The translations under genes were made by a program, and so were the position numbers. From Felis catus (taxonomy: Eukaryota), in the NCBI RefSeq assembly GCF_018350175.1, contig NC_058373.1:101062001-101126000 (forward strand): a DNA stretch of 64,000 nucleotides, written 5' to 3'. Below are positions 12,150 to 24,250 of this stretch, piece after piece (positions within the stretch are counted from its first letter, which is position 1; each line of letters begins with the position of its first letter). The notes beneath the pieces were generated by a model, which was not told the DNA's origin, did no database searches, and was given only the letters and a program-made list of their open reading frames with translations.

Positions 12150-12625
12150 ATATGAGAGATCCTTCTCCTCCTCCTCCCATAAATTATAAGTGTTGAAGTG
12201 CTCCTAGAATTAGTCTTAGGACTCCTTCTATGTCTAGATAATCTCACCCAGTCTTGTGGATTTACATATCATCTAGAAGCTGATGGTTCCCAAATTTATA
12301 CTCCTAGTCTCACCCTCTCTCCTGAACTCCAGACTCAGAACCAACTGCCTGTTCAACATCTCCTCTTGCTCTTCTTGTGGGTCTAATAGGCACTCCAAAT
12401 TTATCATCTTCAAAACCAAATTCTTGATTCCTCCTCTAAAATCTGCTCCTTCCTCAGTGTTCCCCATCTCCATCAATGGCAGTTCTATGTTTCCACTTGC
12501 TCAAGCACAAACCTTGCCATCCTCCTTGACTTTTATTATTCTATCACATAGTTTCTATACCAACCATCAGCAAGTCTTGTTGGCTCAATCTTCACAGTAT
12601 CTCTAGACCAGATTCCCTCACCTCT
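12150..12625 (+). mobile_element. L2 LINE RT-region fragment
   Basis: CGFTYHLEADGSQIYTPSLTLSPELQT resembles the L2 GF.YHLYADDSQIY..SPDLSPELQ RT motif. Confidence 0.85.
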
Positions 12626-13646
12626 GCTTCCTACCTTCTGAGACCTCCTTGCAGTACTGAGACAGACGTTACAACCCTGCAGTATGTAGTTCTGTCTTCA
12701 CCAGAAAGATGACTGCATTTGTGAAATGCAAGTCTTTGAAAATGGAGGTAAAATTCTCCTAGGTTATCTCAATCAACTCTGATATTGAGAACAACTTAAA
12801 AAGTTAGATAAAATATATTTTAAGTTTTAAAAAGAATCCAAAAGCTAACAAGACAGTAATGAATTACAAGGCCAAAATATGCAGGAAATGAGAACCCAGA
12901 GAGATTAACCCAGTATCCAAGGCTGATTTGGCCAATAGAGAATTTATCAATTTGAAGGAAAGAGCTGTGGAACTGAGCTGAAGTTTTGATAGCCTCATGG
13001 GACAAGGCTGACTGAAAAAAGATTAATAAATGATATGACCATGTACAGGGAAAATACTCCCAAAGTCTAAAGGTATATTTTTGGAATTAATAAAAACCCA
13101 ATTTATTCATGTATATAAACAAGAAACAATAAATAAAACAAAAACACTTTTATAATATGTAAAAATACGTAGTAGCAAGGAACAAATCTAACAAAAGGTA
13201 GAAAGACCTTTGTGGAGAAAGTTATAAAAAAAATTTTTGAACATCATTAAGATTTAAATACATGAAGAGTTGCACTAAGTTTATGAATTAGAAGAGTCAA
13301 TATTATGTAGATGTCAGTTTTTCCCAAACTGACTTATAGACAAAAATGAAAATGTTAGTTTTATTTTTAACATCTCAAGTTGATTCTAAAGTTTATACAA
13401 GCTAAGAATAATTGAAACATGTGAAAAGAAAAAAAATATGAAGAAATTTTCTACCAGATTTTTTTCTACCAGATATTAAGAATTCTCACAAATCTATTGT
13501 AATTTAAGATAGTGTGATTTTTGTTCCAAAGGTACATACATTGACCATTGTGTGCAGAATAGATAACATTCAAATAGAGTAACCCATGTGTGGGAATTTG
13601 ATATCAGACATGAGTCACTCAGGAGATCAGTGAGAAAAGGACAATC

Positions 13647-14012
13647 TCTTAGGTCTAGTTTCCCAGAAGCAGACACTAAGATGAGGTTTCGTGTCCAAAA
13701 GAATGGGCATGACTTCACAAGGGAACACAGGGTATAAGTTATACCTTAGGATTGTCCCCAAAAAGGCAAGGGATCTGGGCTCTCATACTCTGTCATTCTC
13801 AGTCACTAGTTAAGGGCCATCCTGGGGCCATGTAAATTTCTAGGCACTTTCAATTCTCTCTGGGTGTATAGACAGAATGGTCTCCAGTAGTCCAAGGACA
13901 GTCTTCTATAAAAGAGCTGCAATATTACCTGATGGAAGCAAAACCCTACCTGCTCCAAATTTTTAAAAATCATGTAGGGTGATATGAATGGAGTAGCAAC
14001 ATTATTTAATAC
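13647..14012 (-). mobile_element. MaLR (MLT1-like) solo LTR inserted in the ancient L1
   Basis: 'tcttaggtctagtttcccagaagcagacactaagatgagg' resembles an MLT1 terminus; L1 sequence resumes afterwards. Confidence 0.6.
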
Positions 14013-14163
14013 AGAGAGACTTCAATAACCTATGCTCAGATCATTGGATACTGATAATAAAAAACTGAAATAACACAAAAAACACAAAAAATGAACTGAA
14101 ATAGGTTAAGACCAATTAGAAGGTCAAAAATTTTTTATAATATAATCAGTATAGTATATTCTT

Positions 14164-14247
14164 TATTATTTAAGATATCCTTCCTCAATTCTTTAATAGA
14201 AAAGATATTCTTTATTAAAGAATTGAGGAAGGATATCTTAAATAATA
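14164..14247. repeat. Perfect 35-bp inverted repeat with 14-nt spacer
   Basis: 14164-14198 is the exact reverse complement of 14213-14247. Confidence 0.97.
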
Positions 14248-15484
14248 TATTAAGAATATAAATAACAAAGGAAAAGGTTAATAAATTTGACTACATTAAA
14301 ACAAAAAGTTTCTGTACACCAAAAGACATCATTAAAAGAGTAAAAAAGTAAGTAATCAGTGCAAGAAGCTACATTCAACATATATGCCTAGCAAAGGATT
14401 AGTGTCCAGAATATATAAAGAACTGCTATAAACTGACATAAGAAAAAGAGACAAGCTAATAAAAAGAAAATAGTTGAATGGGCACATGACAAAGGAAAAA
14501 ATTCAAATGGCAAATAAACATGTGAAAAAGGTGCTCAACTTCCTTACTTACAGGGAAAAAGCATGCTAACACCCAGATGAAATACCACCACACAGCCATC
14601 AGATTTGCAGCAATGAAAAAGTCTGAGAATAGCAAGTGTTGGCGAGGATATGGAGCAACTACAATTCTTATTCACTGCTCATAGGAGTGTCTGTTGGTAT
14701 AATCACTTTGGAATTGGTATTATCTAATTGAGTGGAATATAACATGTGTACTTTGTGACCTCACAATCCCACACTTAGGTATATCCTGCAGAGAAATGTA
14801 AGTACAGACCAGAGTCTCCAGACAAGAATATCCATAGCAGCATTTGCTGGTAATAGCCCCAAACTGGGGCTATCAACCCAACATCAAACTCTGATAGATC
14901 ATTTATTTTGGTATGTGAACACAATGGAAATGAATGAGCCACATCTGCTTATCACAAAATGAAAGTGTTCAAAAAAAATAATGTTGAGTGCAAGCATCCA
15001 GAAACACGAGACTTCAAGTGTGATGCCATTTCTATAAAGTTCAAATCATTGTAGACTCAGCAGTATTATTTAGAGATGCATATGTAAATGGTCAAAGTAT
15101 AAAGGAAAGGGAAGAAATACTCTCACAGAAGATAAACAGTTAGCTAAAGAGAGGAGAGCTTCATGATGAGGAAGGAGCATAAGAAAAACTTGTATATTCT
15201 ACATTCTTCTGTATGTTACAGTTTACACTTAGAGAGTTAAGAGGAAATATGCAAGACAGTGCTGGTTTAAGCAAAGTGAGGTGGGAGGATGTGAAGAACA
15301 GATTGAAGCATAACACATCTCAGCGCAGACAACTCTGGTTAGCTGTTTTAACTAATGAACCTCAGCTAATGAGTCCCCAGAGGCACCTTAATTGAAAAGG
15401 CCTTCCCTATGCCTCAAAACATCTTAACACTAAACTATATTCAGTTTGGGGAATAATGGTTAAATCCCTGTTTTCCAGTTTGTT

Positions 15485-15517
15485 TATCATCATTGCCATC
15501 ATCTCCATCATCACCAC

Positions 15518-15549
<32 letters not shown>

Positions 15550-15560
15550 CCATCTCTCAT
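15485..15560. repeat. (CAT)n microsatellite
   Basis: Imperfect, then pure, CAT repeats. Confidence 0.9.
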
Positions 15561-16449
15561 CAGAAAAGATTCTCTTCTGGATAGCAGTAATTACAGATGA
15601 GAAGTAAACCTGACTATAAAACACCCCTGGGCTATCCCTTTCCTGGGGCGGGCGGTGGGGGGGGGGGTGAGAAACGCTACAGGGACTTAGTAAAGAAACT
15701 TCATTAGTAACAATTTATCCACATGTTATTTCTTGATCTTAGGTCATCACTTGCACCTGTTGAGTAAGTTGATATACACATGAATGTTAATATTATGTGT
15801 TTTGTATTTCTAAATTCCTAAGGTTGGGGAAAATTTGTTCAATTTCTTTCTGCACTACTTAACAGAGGATAGCTGGGTACATCAAAAAAATTCCTGAGTC
15901 TAAATTAATTTTTACTCCCAAATAATGCATTTGCTTAGAGGCCAACCAATAAAATCCCCAGTAGGAGATATCTAGTGGTCATTGGCAATAGCCGATTTGG
16001 CTGCTTGGTGTGTGGTTTTGCAGAAGGAAGTCCTCACATTGTCAGTATATAAACCATGTGCTAACCTCAAGTAGTCAAAAATGGCCAGTGTCAAATAACT
16101 GAATCTGTTTACATTTGTGTGGCTACAAGTGGCCATTCATTAATTTAACTAATAATTGAATGTGTAATTTTATAGTTATTTACAAGAAGAACACACACAC
16201 TTTCATACCACTGGTGAACAATTCAGGGAACTGTCTCTGGTTTCCTCCTTTGGGAAATATGTAAAACTCATGTGTGGCTCCTAACTTTGAAAACAAACCA
16301 ACAAAAACTACTTCCAAGAAGATACAAAAAAATGTTTGCTCTTGTTTTTCCGTTGACATACTGGCCCAGATTTCTCGCACATTTGAAGCACTGGCCAATA
16401 GTTTACCTCTCATCCTGATTGTTGTCTGAGGCTTCCCAGTGTCCATGCT

Positions 16450-16740
16450 TTTTCTCCCATCTTAACTTTTTCTCACCTTTTCCTGACGGTTCTGAATCTT
16501 ACTAATCCTTCAATGCTCAAGCCAAACGTCTTCTAATCCATGAAGACTTCTTTTGCCCCATCAGTTGGAAATTACCCATTCTCTTCCTCATTTCCATGCA
16601 CTTTGCCTCTCATACAACATCCATCACTTTTATCTTATATCTACCCTATTAGATGGTAAAGGCCCATGAAGGCAATGGCCATGTCTTTTTCAGTCTGATC
16701 CTCCAAGTATCTCATACATATTAAATGCTATGACTAAATT
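16450..16740 (+). mobile_element. Degenerate L2 3' fragment
   Basis: 'tcttactaatccttcaatgctcaag' and 'attagatggtaaaggcccatgaaggcaatggccatgtct' resemble the L2 3' end. Confidence 0.55.
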
Positions 16741-16829
16741 GTAGCCAGTGGAATTTTTGTCATTTTAGCAGAAATGCTTAAAGTTAAAATGTAGTATATT
16801 AGAAATATAATCCTTGGAGTTCTCTTTAC

Positions 16830-17725
16830 CTTTTTTTTTAAGACTATTTTTCTAGGGAAGTTTGCAGGTTCACAGCAAAATTGAGGGGAAGGTACAGAGA
16901 TTTCCTACAGCCTCCCCTATTATCAACATTCCTCACTAGAGTGGTACATTTGTTACAATTGATGAAACTACATTGATTCATCATTATCACTCAAAGTTCA
17001 TACTTTACATGCTGATATACTCTTGGTGTTGTACATTCTTGGACAAAAATATAATACATCCATCAACCACTTCAGTATCATACAGAGCATTTTCACTGCC
17101 CTAAAAATTCTGTGTGTTTCATTTATTCATCCATTCCCAACACCCTGTAACCACTGATCTTTTTCTGTCTTCATAGTTTTGCCTTTTCCACAATATCACA
17201 TAATCATATAGTATTTAGCCTTTTCAGATAGGCTTCTTTTACATAGTAATATGCATTTAAGGTTTCTCCTCATCTTTTCCTAACTTGATAGCTCAGTTCT
17301 TTTTAGCACCAGGTAATATTCCCCTGCCTGGATACACCACAATTTATTTGTTCATTCATTTACTGAAGGATATCTCAGTTGCTTCCAAGTCTTGACAATT
17401 GTGAATAAAGCTGCTATAAACATCCATGAGCAGGTTTTTGAGTAAACATACATTTTCACCTCCCTTGGGTAAATACCAAAGAGTACGATTGCTGGATGAT
17501 ATGGTAAGAGTATGCCTAGTTTTATAAGAAACTGCCAAACTGTCTTCCAAAGTGGCTGTACCATTTTGCATTCCTACCAGCAATGAATGAGAGTTTCTAT
17601 CACTCCACATCCTTGTCAGCATTTGGTATTATCAGGGTTCTGGATTTTGGCCATTTTAAAAGGTTTGTAATGCTATCTCATTGTTGTTTTAATTTGCATT
17701 TCTTTGATGACATCTGATGTCATCT
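16830..17725 (-). mobile_element. L1 3' end (L1MC1-like)
   Basis: Minus-strand ORF2 C-terminus ([25 protein letters not shown]) and L1MC1-like 3'UTR 'ggttcacagcaaaattgag..ggtacagagatttcc'. Confidence 0.85.
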
Positions 17726-17769
17726 TATCTTTTTCTCTTCTCACTTAGAGGAAGAAGCTAACACCCACT

Positions 17770-17960
17770 GAGGATCTGGCTTATGCCAAATATTGTGGTA
17801 AGTGCTTTACACGTATTACATCAATACCTCTCAAAAATAACAGTGCTTTACAGGTGATAAAACTGAGACTGAAAGACATTACATTATTTTCCCAGACTCA
17901 CAAGCAAATAAGTAGGAAATCAATACTAAATCCAGCTTTCTTGAATTCCAAATGCTGATA
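17770..17960 (-). mobile_element. MIR fragment
   Basis: 'tttacaggtgataaaactgagact' MIR core. Confidence 0.6.
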
Positions 17961-18095
17961 GACATTTCTTAGTCAAGTACATTTGATTGCTTTTATCAGA
18001 GACTCCTCTTATTTATAGGAGCAAGAAGAGTTTATTGTACAGATGAGTTTGAAGTTGTTAGAAGGATATGCTTATGAAAGTTCAAAACATGAGGT

Positions 18096-18308
18096 ATTTT
18101 TTAAAAAAAAAGTTTATTTATTTATTTGTCAGAGAGAGAGAGCATGCACATGGGAGGAGTAGAGAGAGAGGAGAGAGAGAATCCCAAGCAGGTTCCACAC
18201 TGTCAGTGCAGAGCCACATGCAGGGCTCAATCACATGAGCCCTGAGATCATAACCTGAGCCCAAACCAAGAGTTGACCACTTAACCAACTGAGCCACCCA
18301 GGTGCCCC
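18096..18308 (-). mobile_element. CanSINE
   Basis: Reverse head; TSD aaaacatgaggt at 18084-18095 and 18310-18321. Confidence 0.92.
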
Positions 18309-20077
18309 TAAAACATGAGGTTTTAGAGAGCTGGGCATTGTCACTGAAACTGGAGCCAAAGTGATTCATGGAAAATATGTTGTTGGGTTCATCATTTGCA
18401 CATTGTCATGCCTCTGGCGACACAGTTCAGCCACTTGGTGAGGTCCCTTGTTTCTGTACTGTATACACTGGCTTTCTCTACTTAATCACTTTCTTCTCCA
18501 TAGGACTTTGGCTCACATGTCACTTTGGCTTACCACACATGTGAGACTTGCCTCTCCCTCATGACATCTTCTCTTGAACTTTCTCTTCAATGGACAAACA
18601 CGTTTTGAACTTCTTATTGCTTAATTCAAATTCTATAGACAGATCTGATAAAAAAAAATAGTTCTTTTTGAATGAGGCTGTGAAAATTAGGTAAGAGGTA
18701 TGTTTAAAGATTTGTCACCCTGGGGCATGACAGACCTGTGAGAGGTGCTGGTACAGATGTGAGCAGGTTATCCATAATAGTCATCTCCAGCCTAATTCCC
18801 AAATAAAGATATCCAGTCCAGATTTGTTTCTGAGCTCCAGATCTTATTTTATATGGCTTATTGGACCTCTTCTCTTATGTGTTACAGAGATAATTGAATA
18901 GAATTCAGTTTGAGACTGAATTCATTATGGTATCACCAAAACCCCCCACTCTATCCTTTGTTCTCTAGCTTGGCTCCAGAACAGCCTCAGGCTTTGTAAG
19001 AAGTGGTCGTTTTTCAGACACCATTACTGTCTAAATGGGAATGTCATTGTTAATGTTCATAAGGCACCAGGACAAATACTCAGTGAGACATTGTTGTTAG
19101 ATACTTTTAAATTAGATGATCAATATATTCAGATGAAATGAAATATAGAATACTTTAACAACCACCTGTTTTTCACTAAGTAGAAATACAAAGTTTATGG
19201 CTTATATAAATGTAATTGGGAAAGTATTTTTAAAACAATTTTGAAATAAATTCTATTCAAGTAACTTGGGTTTTTTTTTCAGTTGGATGTTGCATATTAG
19301 CTCATTAGCTCTCTTGAAAATTAAGTGTAAATGAAGACACACACAATGCTAATGAAAAGGATTAATGCTCTATACCATATGAAATTTTTGCATAAAATTA
19401 TAGCTGTGAAAAATATTTATATTGAGAATGAGTCACTGACAGTTCCAAGAGTTTTTCAGCTAAAGGTAACATTGAAGATTTGTAAATTAACATTAGCATT
19501 AGCAAGTAAACTATGAATATTTTATTCTTGAAAACAACCATTCAGCAACCAAGGATTGAAAATGTGTCCATGTACCTCTTAGAGATATGGATTTTTTATT
19601 TTTATCTAGTACATTCTGGAATAGATGTGCACCTTGAATTGTGCCCACTACATTCAATGGGAAAAATTCAGCATGCCTATCCAAGGTCAATATTTGCTAA
19701 GTAGAGTCAAAATTTTCATTACTATTTGCTTGAAGTTTTTGAAAGCAATGTGGTTTACATGGGATTTGGGGAAAGTTGAAAATGTAAGAGATTCATTTTA
19801 GAACTAATTTTTGTTGACCTAAGTCAAATAAAATCACAGTCTAAAAATGTCAAAATAGAGATAGAGCTACCACAAAGAATCGAGATTGATTCTGAAACCA
19901 GACAAAATGGCAGCATCGCTCAGAAGGAGCATTCAGAAGAGACAGTGTGCAGTTGGGCATTAAATCTTGAGTGTGTTTATTATTGAACAGAAGGGATATG
20001 ATTTTGAAGGCCATTAAATTCTCCATAGGCAGAAGTTCAGGGCTATAGAGTCAGTCAGAGGTGCATATGAAGGACAC

Positions 20078-20231
20078 CAGTTTTTCTCAAATGTGTGGTT
20101 CATTGGCCACCTGCAGAAGAATGGCAAGCGAGAAATCCATCCAAATTCTGCCTTAGGAACTTATATTTTAAATGATCTTCCCCAGTGAGTCTTGTGCATA
20201 CCAAACAGACATGAGGTTAGGGAAACCATTG
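20078..20231. mobile_element. MER5-like non-autonomous hAT element
   Basis: Ends cagtttttctcaaa...gggaaaccattg; internal 'ttttaaatgatcttccccagtga'. Confidence 0.55.
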
Positions 20232-21133
20232 GGGAAGGACTGCTGAGCTCTCCTGATTGCTGAAGCTCTGGAAAGACAGGAGCAGGCTGGTAAGCAAATA
20301 TGTAAGTTGTGCAGTATATAAGGGAATGGGAAGGAAAGGGTGGGACTCAGTATAAATTGGAGAGGCAGTTCCCTTTTAAATACATCCATATACAAGTTTA
20401 AAAACCTGTTAGTTAATAGAAACTACCTATGAAAATTGCAGTGCCCACAACTTTAACTTAAAAGAACCTTGAGTGCCTCCATGTTGAATTTGGGACTTGG
20501 TTAGCCGTTTAATTTTTCTTTTAGTCTACTTGAGTTTTGTTCCATACTCTTCTACTCTGTTTAGTTTCTGTTTTTATATGCTTTGATACTTTAAGTTTGC
20601 TTATTATCCTTTGTAATCTCCCAGTATATTTATTTTAACCGATTTACTGTATCTTCATTTTTCCTAATTTGCTGTATCTTCAGCCCTGCTAGAGTATTTA
20701 GTGACTGTCTCAGCCAACAGGCACCAAGCAAAGCTTATGTCACAGATGTCTTTCCAGTTATATGTAACAAACACCTGACATCTGGATTACAAAACTTCGG
20801 TATCTGCCCTTAGGTAATAGCACATGTTACCTGTCATGCTGCATGCTCCCCAGAAACCACTGATGATCAGCTCCTATCCAAAACTTGAAGGAGAACAATG
20901 GTATTTTGGGAAGATACTTGAATAGATCTGCTTTTGAACCACTATTCTGACTATCCAAACCTTCTCCAAAGGCACAATAGGCAAAAGATTGTTCCCTCAC
21001 TTCGTCACAAAACCATCTCCAGAGGGTGCATGCCTTTATTGAAAGTCACTGGAAGGAACAATGTTAGGGATTCTAAGATATTCTAAAATTTTGCCCCAAA
21101 TCAATGGGAAGCTCAGTGATCTAGAGGTTAAGT

Positions 21134-22460
21134 ACTTGGTCTCCAAGTGTGGTCTGGATTCCCCAAGAGCATTTCAGTGTTTTTCAAGGTCAACTATTTT
21201 CCTAAAATCCCTAAGATGTTATTGCTTTTTTAAACTCTCATTCTCTCATGGGGGCACAGCAGTTTTTCAGAAGCTACATGGCATGATGATGTCATCACTC
21301 CAAATGCAATGGGATGTATGCTTTTGTATTCTTATGTTTTCTAGAATTCTCTAAGGTAGCATTTCAACATATAATATGTGCATTTTCAGATTAGCTCAGT
21401 TTTTTTCTCAGTGTTTCCTACTGCACTTTTATGATGCTTCTTTGATTTTTTGCCTGTTATAATCTCTGTGACCTCATTATCATCCAATAAATCACTGTTT
21501 TGAAATCCTCAAGTTTTTCCTCATATTGGAAACACATGATAAATAAGTAAACTTTGTTGTGTTGGTAATAAGACTTTTGAATTGTTTGTGAAATTTTTCT
21601 AAATTTAGAAATCTTACAGAAGGCCATTATTTTACAATTTTATTGTATTTTATTTTTAAATGAAAGATATGATACTATAAATAAATTCATATGTAGCGAT
21701 AGACTGTTGAATTAAATCAGGAAAATTAGAAGACTTACCTTCTCAACCCATGGTTATAGCATCTATGTCTCAAAGATATTGAAAGGTCAAACTGACATAT
21801 TGTAAAGTTCCCTGACTCACGTCAGGGACAAATCTATTCTGCACATAAAAAATAAAAATATGATAAAAGCTTCCTTTCCTGTCTTTATATATATTAATAG
21901 TTTACTGTATTTGGGACTTCTCTGACTAGAAATGAAAAAGCCACTGAGGCATTTTAAGGCCTAAGTTATCATGTTGCATCGGTTGAAGAAGCACACACCA
22001 TAAGTGAGACCCTAGTAAAAGCTCTGTGGAGTCGACCTTGCTGAATGGCTGCTACAGGAAGAGTTAGTGGAAGGAGGCACTGCACTGCCATTTTTTAACA
22101 ATACAGACACACATGAAATGAAAGATTTAGTTGCAAGCTTGAACACTAGGTGAATACATCACCTGCACAATTATACTTTGCCTTACAACTGGATGAATCT
22201 ACTGATGGGATTCAACTTGTGGTTTTGCTTATATTCAGCCAATATCAGCATCAGCTCATTGTTGAACATATTCTTTTATGGAAATGGTTGACAACAAACC
22301 TAAATGGCGCTGAAATTGCCAGTGTCGAATAATTCTTTTTTACTTTCATGGTTGATCCTGAAACAAGAATGTCCTTGAGGAAGCTGTAAAATTAGCATTA
22401 AATGTCATTTGATTATTATTAATAAAACTAATAATTGTATTCATCTTGACCTTGAGTACA
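21134..22460 (+). mobile_element. Charlie1-like hAT DNA transposon remnant
   Basis: 5' part resembles Charlie1 ('ggtcaactattttc..ctaagatgttatt..ctctcattctctca'); degenerate transposase including FALQLDESTD. Confidence 0.8.
21960..22340 (+). pseudogene. Disrupted Charlie/Buster-family hAT transposase fragment
   Basis: ..HTISETLV.., ..PFFNNT.., FALQLDESTD..LVVLLIFSQY..NGAEI; stops and frameshifts present. Confidence 0.75.
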
Positions 22461-22486
22461 CATGCTTTTGCTGGCCTAGGATATCC

Positions 22487-22710
22487 TTTTTTTTAAAGTT
22501 ATTTATTTATTTATCTATCTATCTATTTATTTATTTATAGAGAAAGAGAGAGAGAAAGAGCATGAGCGGGGGAGGAGCAGAGAAGGAGAGAGAGGATCCC
22601 CAGCAGGCTCAGCACTGATGGCACGTAGCTGGAATCCACAAATGTGAGATCTTGACCTGAGCCAAAATCAAGAGTCAGGTATTTAACCAACTAGGCCACC
22701 CAGGCACCCC
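22487..22710 (-). mobile_element. CanSINE
   Basis: Reverse head; TSD ctgg(c/t)ctaggatat. Confidence 0.9.
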
Positions 22711-23208
22711 TGGTCTAGGATATTCTTATGTGTCCTCTTCCAACTACTGTTTCTCAGAAACCCTACCCCTGAAAGTCTCTGTTATCAGTAGCTATTTCAT
22801 GTCCCTGATTGAAAATTTCCTTTCCTTTAAAATGGGAAAGCTAATTTCTATCTCACAGAATTATGGCGGGGTTAAAATAAGAGAATTACATTACTTTTTT
22901 ATAAGGCTTAAACCTTATAAAATATTGTTATGACTTGTTCTTTTAAAATGAACTAATTGTAAGATCCCATTAGTCAGTAGAAGCAGACCCTTTAAGTACT
23001 TTTTTCTTCCAACTGGATTCACTGATAGTCCCTTACTCAAAAATTCTGACTGCAGTCAGAAATTAGATAGTCATTCCACGTAGTCTATGCTCTACCTTCT
23101 AAACATGAAATCATTTGCAAGATGAGCCAAGAATGTATTTGTTGTACCTGTATCTAAACAGAATGGAGAGCAGGTATCTGGCCTGTTGAAGCCTCACCCT
23201 ACTTTATT

Positions 23209-23310
23209 CTAACTCTGTGACAGTTTTGAGATTAGTAAAAATACATTCAGTACTTCTGCTAACTCTGTGACAGTTTTGAGATTAGTAAAAATACATTCAG
23301 TACTTCTGCT
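23209..23310. repeat. Perfect 50-bp tandem duplication
   Basis: 23209-23258 is identical to 23259-23308, with 2-bp 'ct' junction microhomology. Confidence 0.97.
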
Positions 23311-23729
23311 TAGGTAGTTTTGGTGTACTTCCACAATAATATCATTTGTGTCACTTTTTCTTTAAATCCAAATAAATACTCAGCACAGAGACTCTAACAC
23401 TAAGACTGTAGATTTCTGTGCAAGCATGCACCTTATTTCTGTGCACCTCTCCTACAAATTCGTTGACCCCTTTACAAGTAACCCCTTGGTTACTCGCATT
23501 TTTTTTTGCACTATTGCCTACACTAAACATCTTGATGCAGTCTCTTCCAAGCCTTCCATCACACATTTTTCTTCTTTCTCTTGTCACTCCTCTGTTGACC
23601 CTTTGTTCTTCACAGACTCACAGGCTTCTTTGCTTACTTCACAATATGCTGTTAATACCCTCAGACCATACAAAGTGCCTGTCATATAGTCATTATCTCT
23701 ATTTTCAAGAATAAACAAAGATTTGTTCC

Positions 23730-24250
23730 TTTATTCATTCAATCAGTAAACATTCATTGAGTGTCTACTATGTACCTATACAGCATACTAAGTCCTGAAA
23801 ATATGATGAATAACAGCAAACATGGTCTGTGCTCTCTAATGAATTTTGAATCTCCTGTGGGAAATGAACATTAACCAAATAATCATCAAAGGGGGAAAAA
23901 AACACCTATAGTTGAATTGCATGCAGAAATAAATGCTGTGAAGGCAAGGCATTTTGTTCAATGAGAATGGACCACCAAGGAACCTGACCTAGACATGGGA
24001 GAACAGGGAATGAAGAAAGGCTTTGATGAGCATACCAATATTTGAAAGAAGAGTGAAAATTACCAGATGATGTGAGGGGTTCAAAGGGGCAGCAGGTGGA
24101 AGGAGTGGCATGTGTAAAGGACAGTGTGACTAGAGCTAAGAGACCAAATATTGGAGAGGTACAAATTGAGATGGCAGATACAGGCAGAGGTTGGACCATG
24201 CAAGGCTTCATAGGCACGCAAGACTGACAATGTCGGAAATAGAAAACTGT
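23730..24250 (-). mobile_element. L2 3' fragment
   Basis: 'ttattcattcaatcagtaaacattcattgagtgtctactatgt' is an L2 terminus in reverse, followed by purine-rich L2 body. Confidence 0.7.

Larger units (their letters stand above)
12690..15200 (+). mobile_element. Ancient, highly decayed L1 (L1ME-like) ORF2 to 3' region
   Basis: Scattered ORF2 words: 'aaatctaacaaaa', 'ataaatttgactacattaaaa', 'aaggattagtgtccagaatatataaagaact', 'aagtgttggcgaggatatggagcaac'. Confidence 0.75.

Noticed and set aside
23044..23061. Perfect 18-bp palindrome ttctgactgcagtcagaa
   Set aside because: About 64000/4^9 = 0.24 expected per window by chance, so not significant alone.
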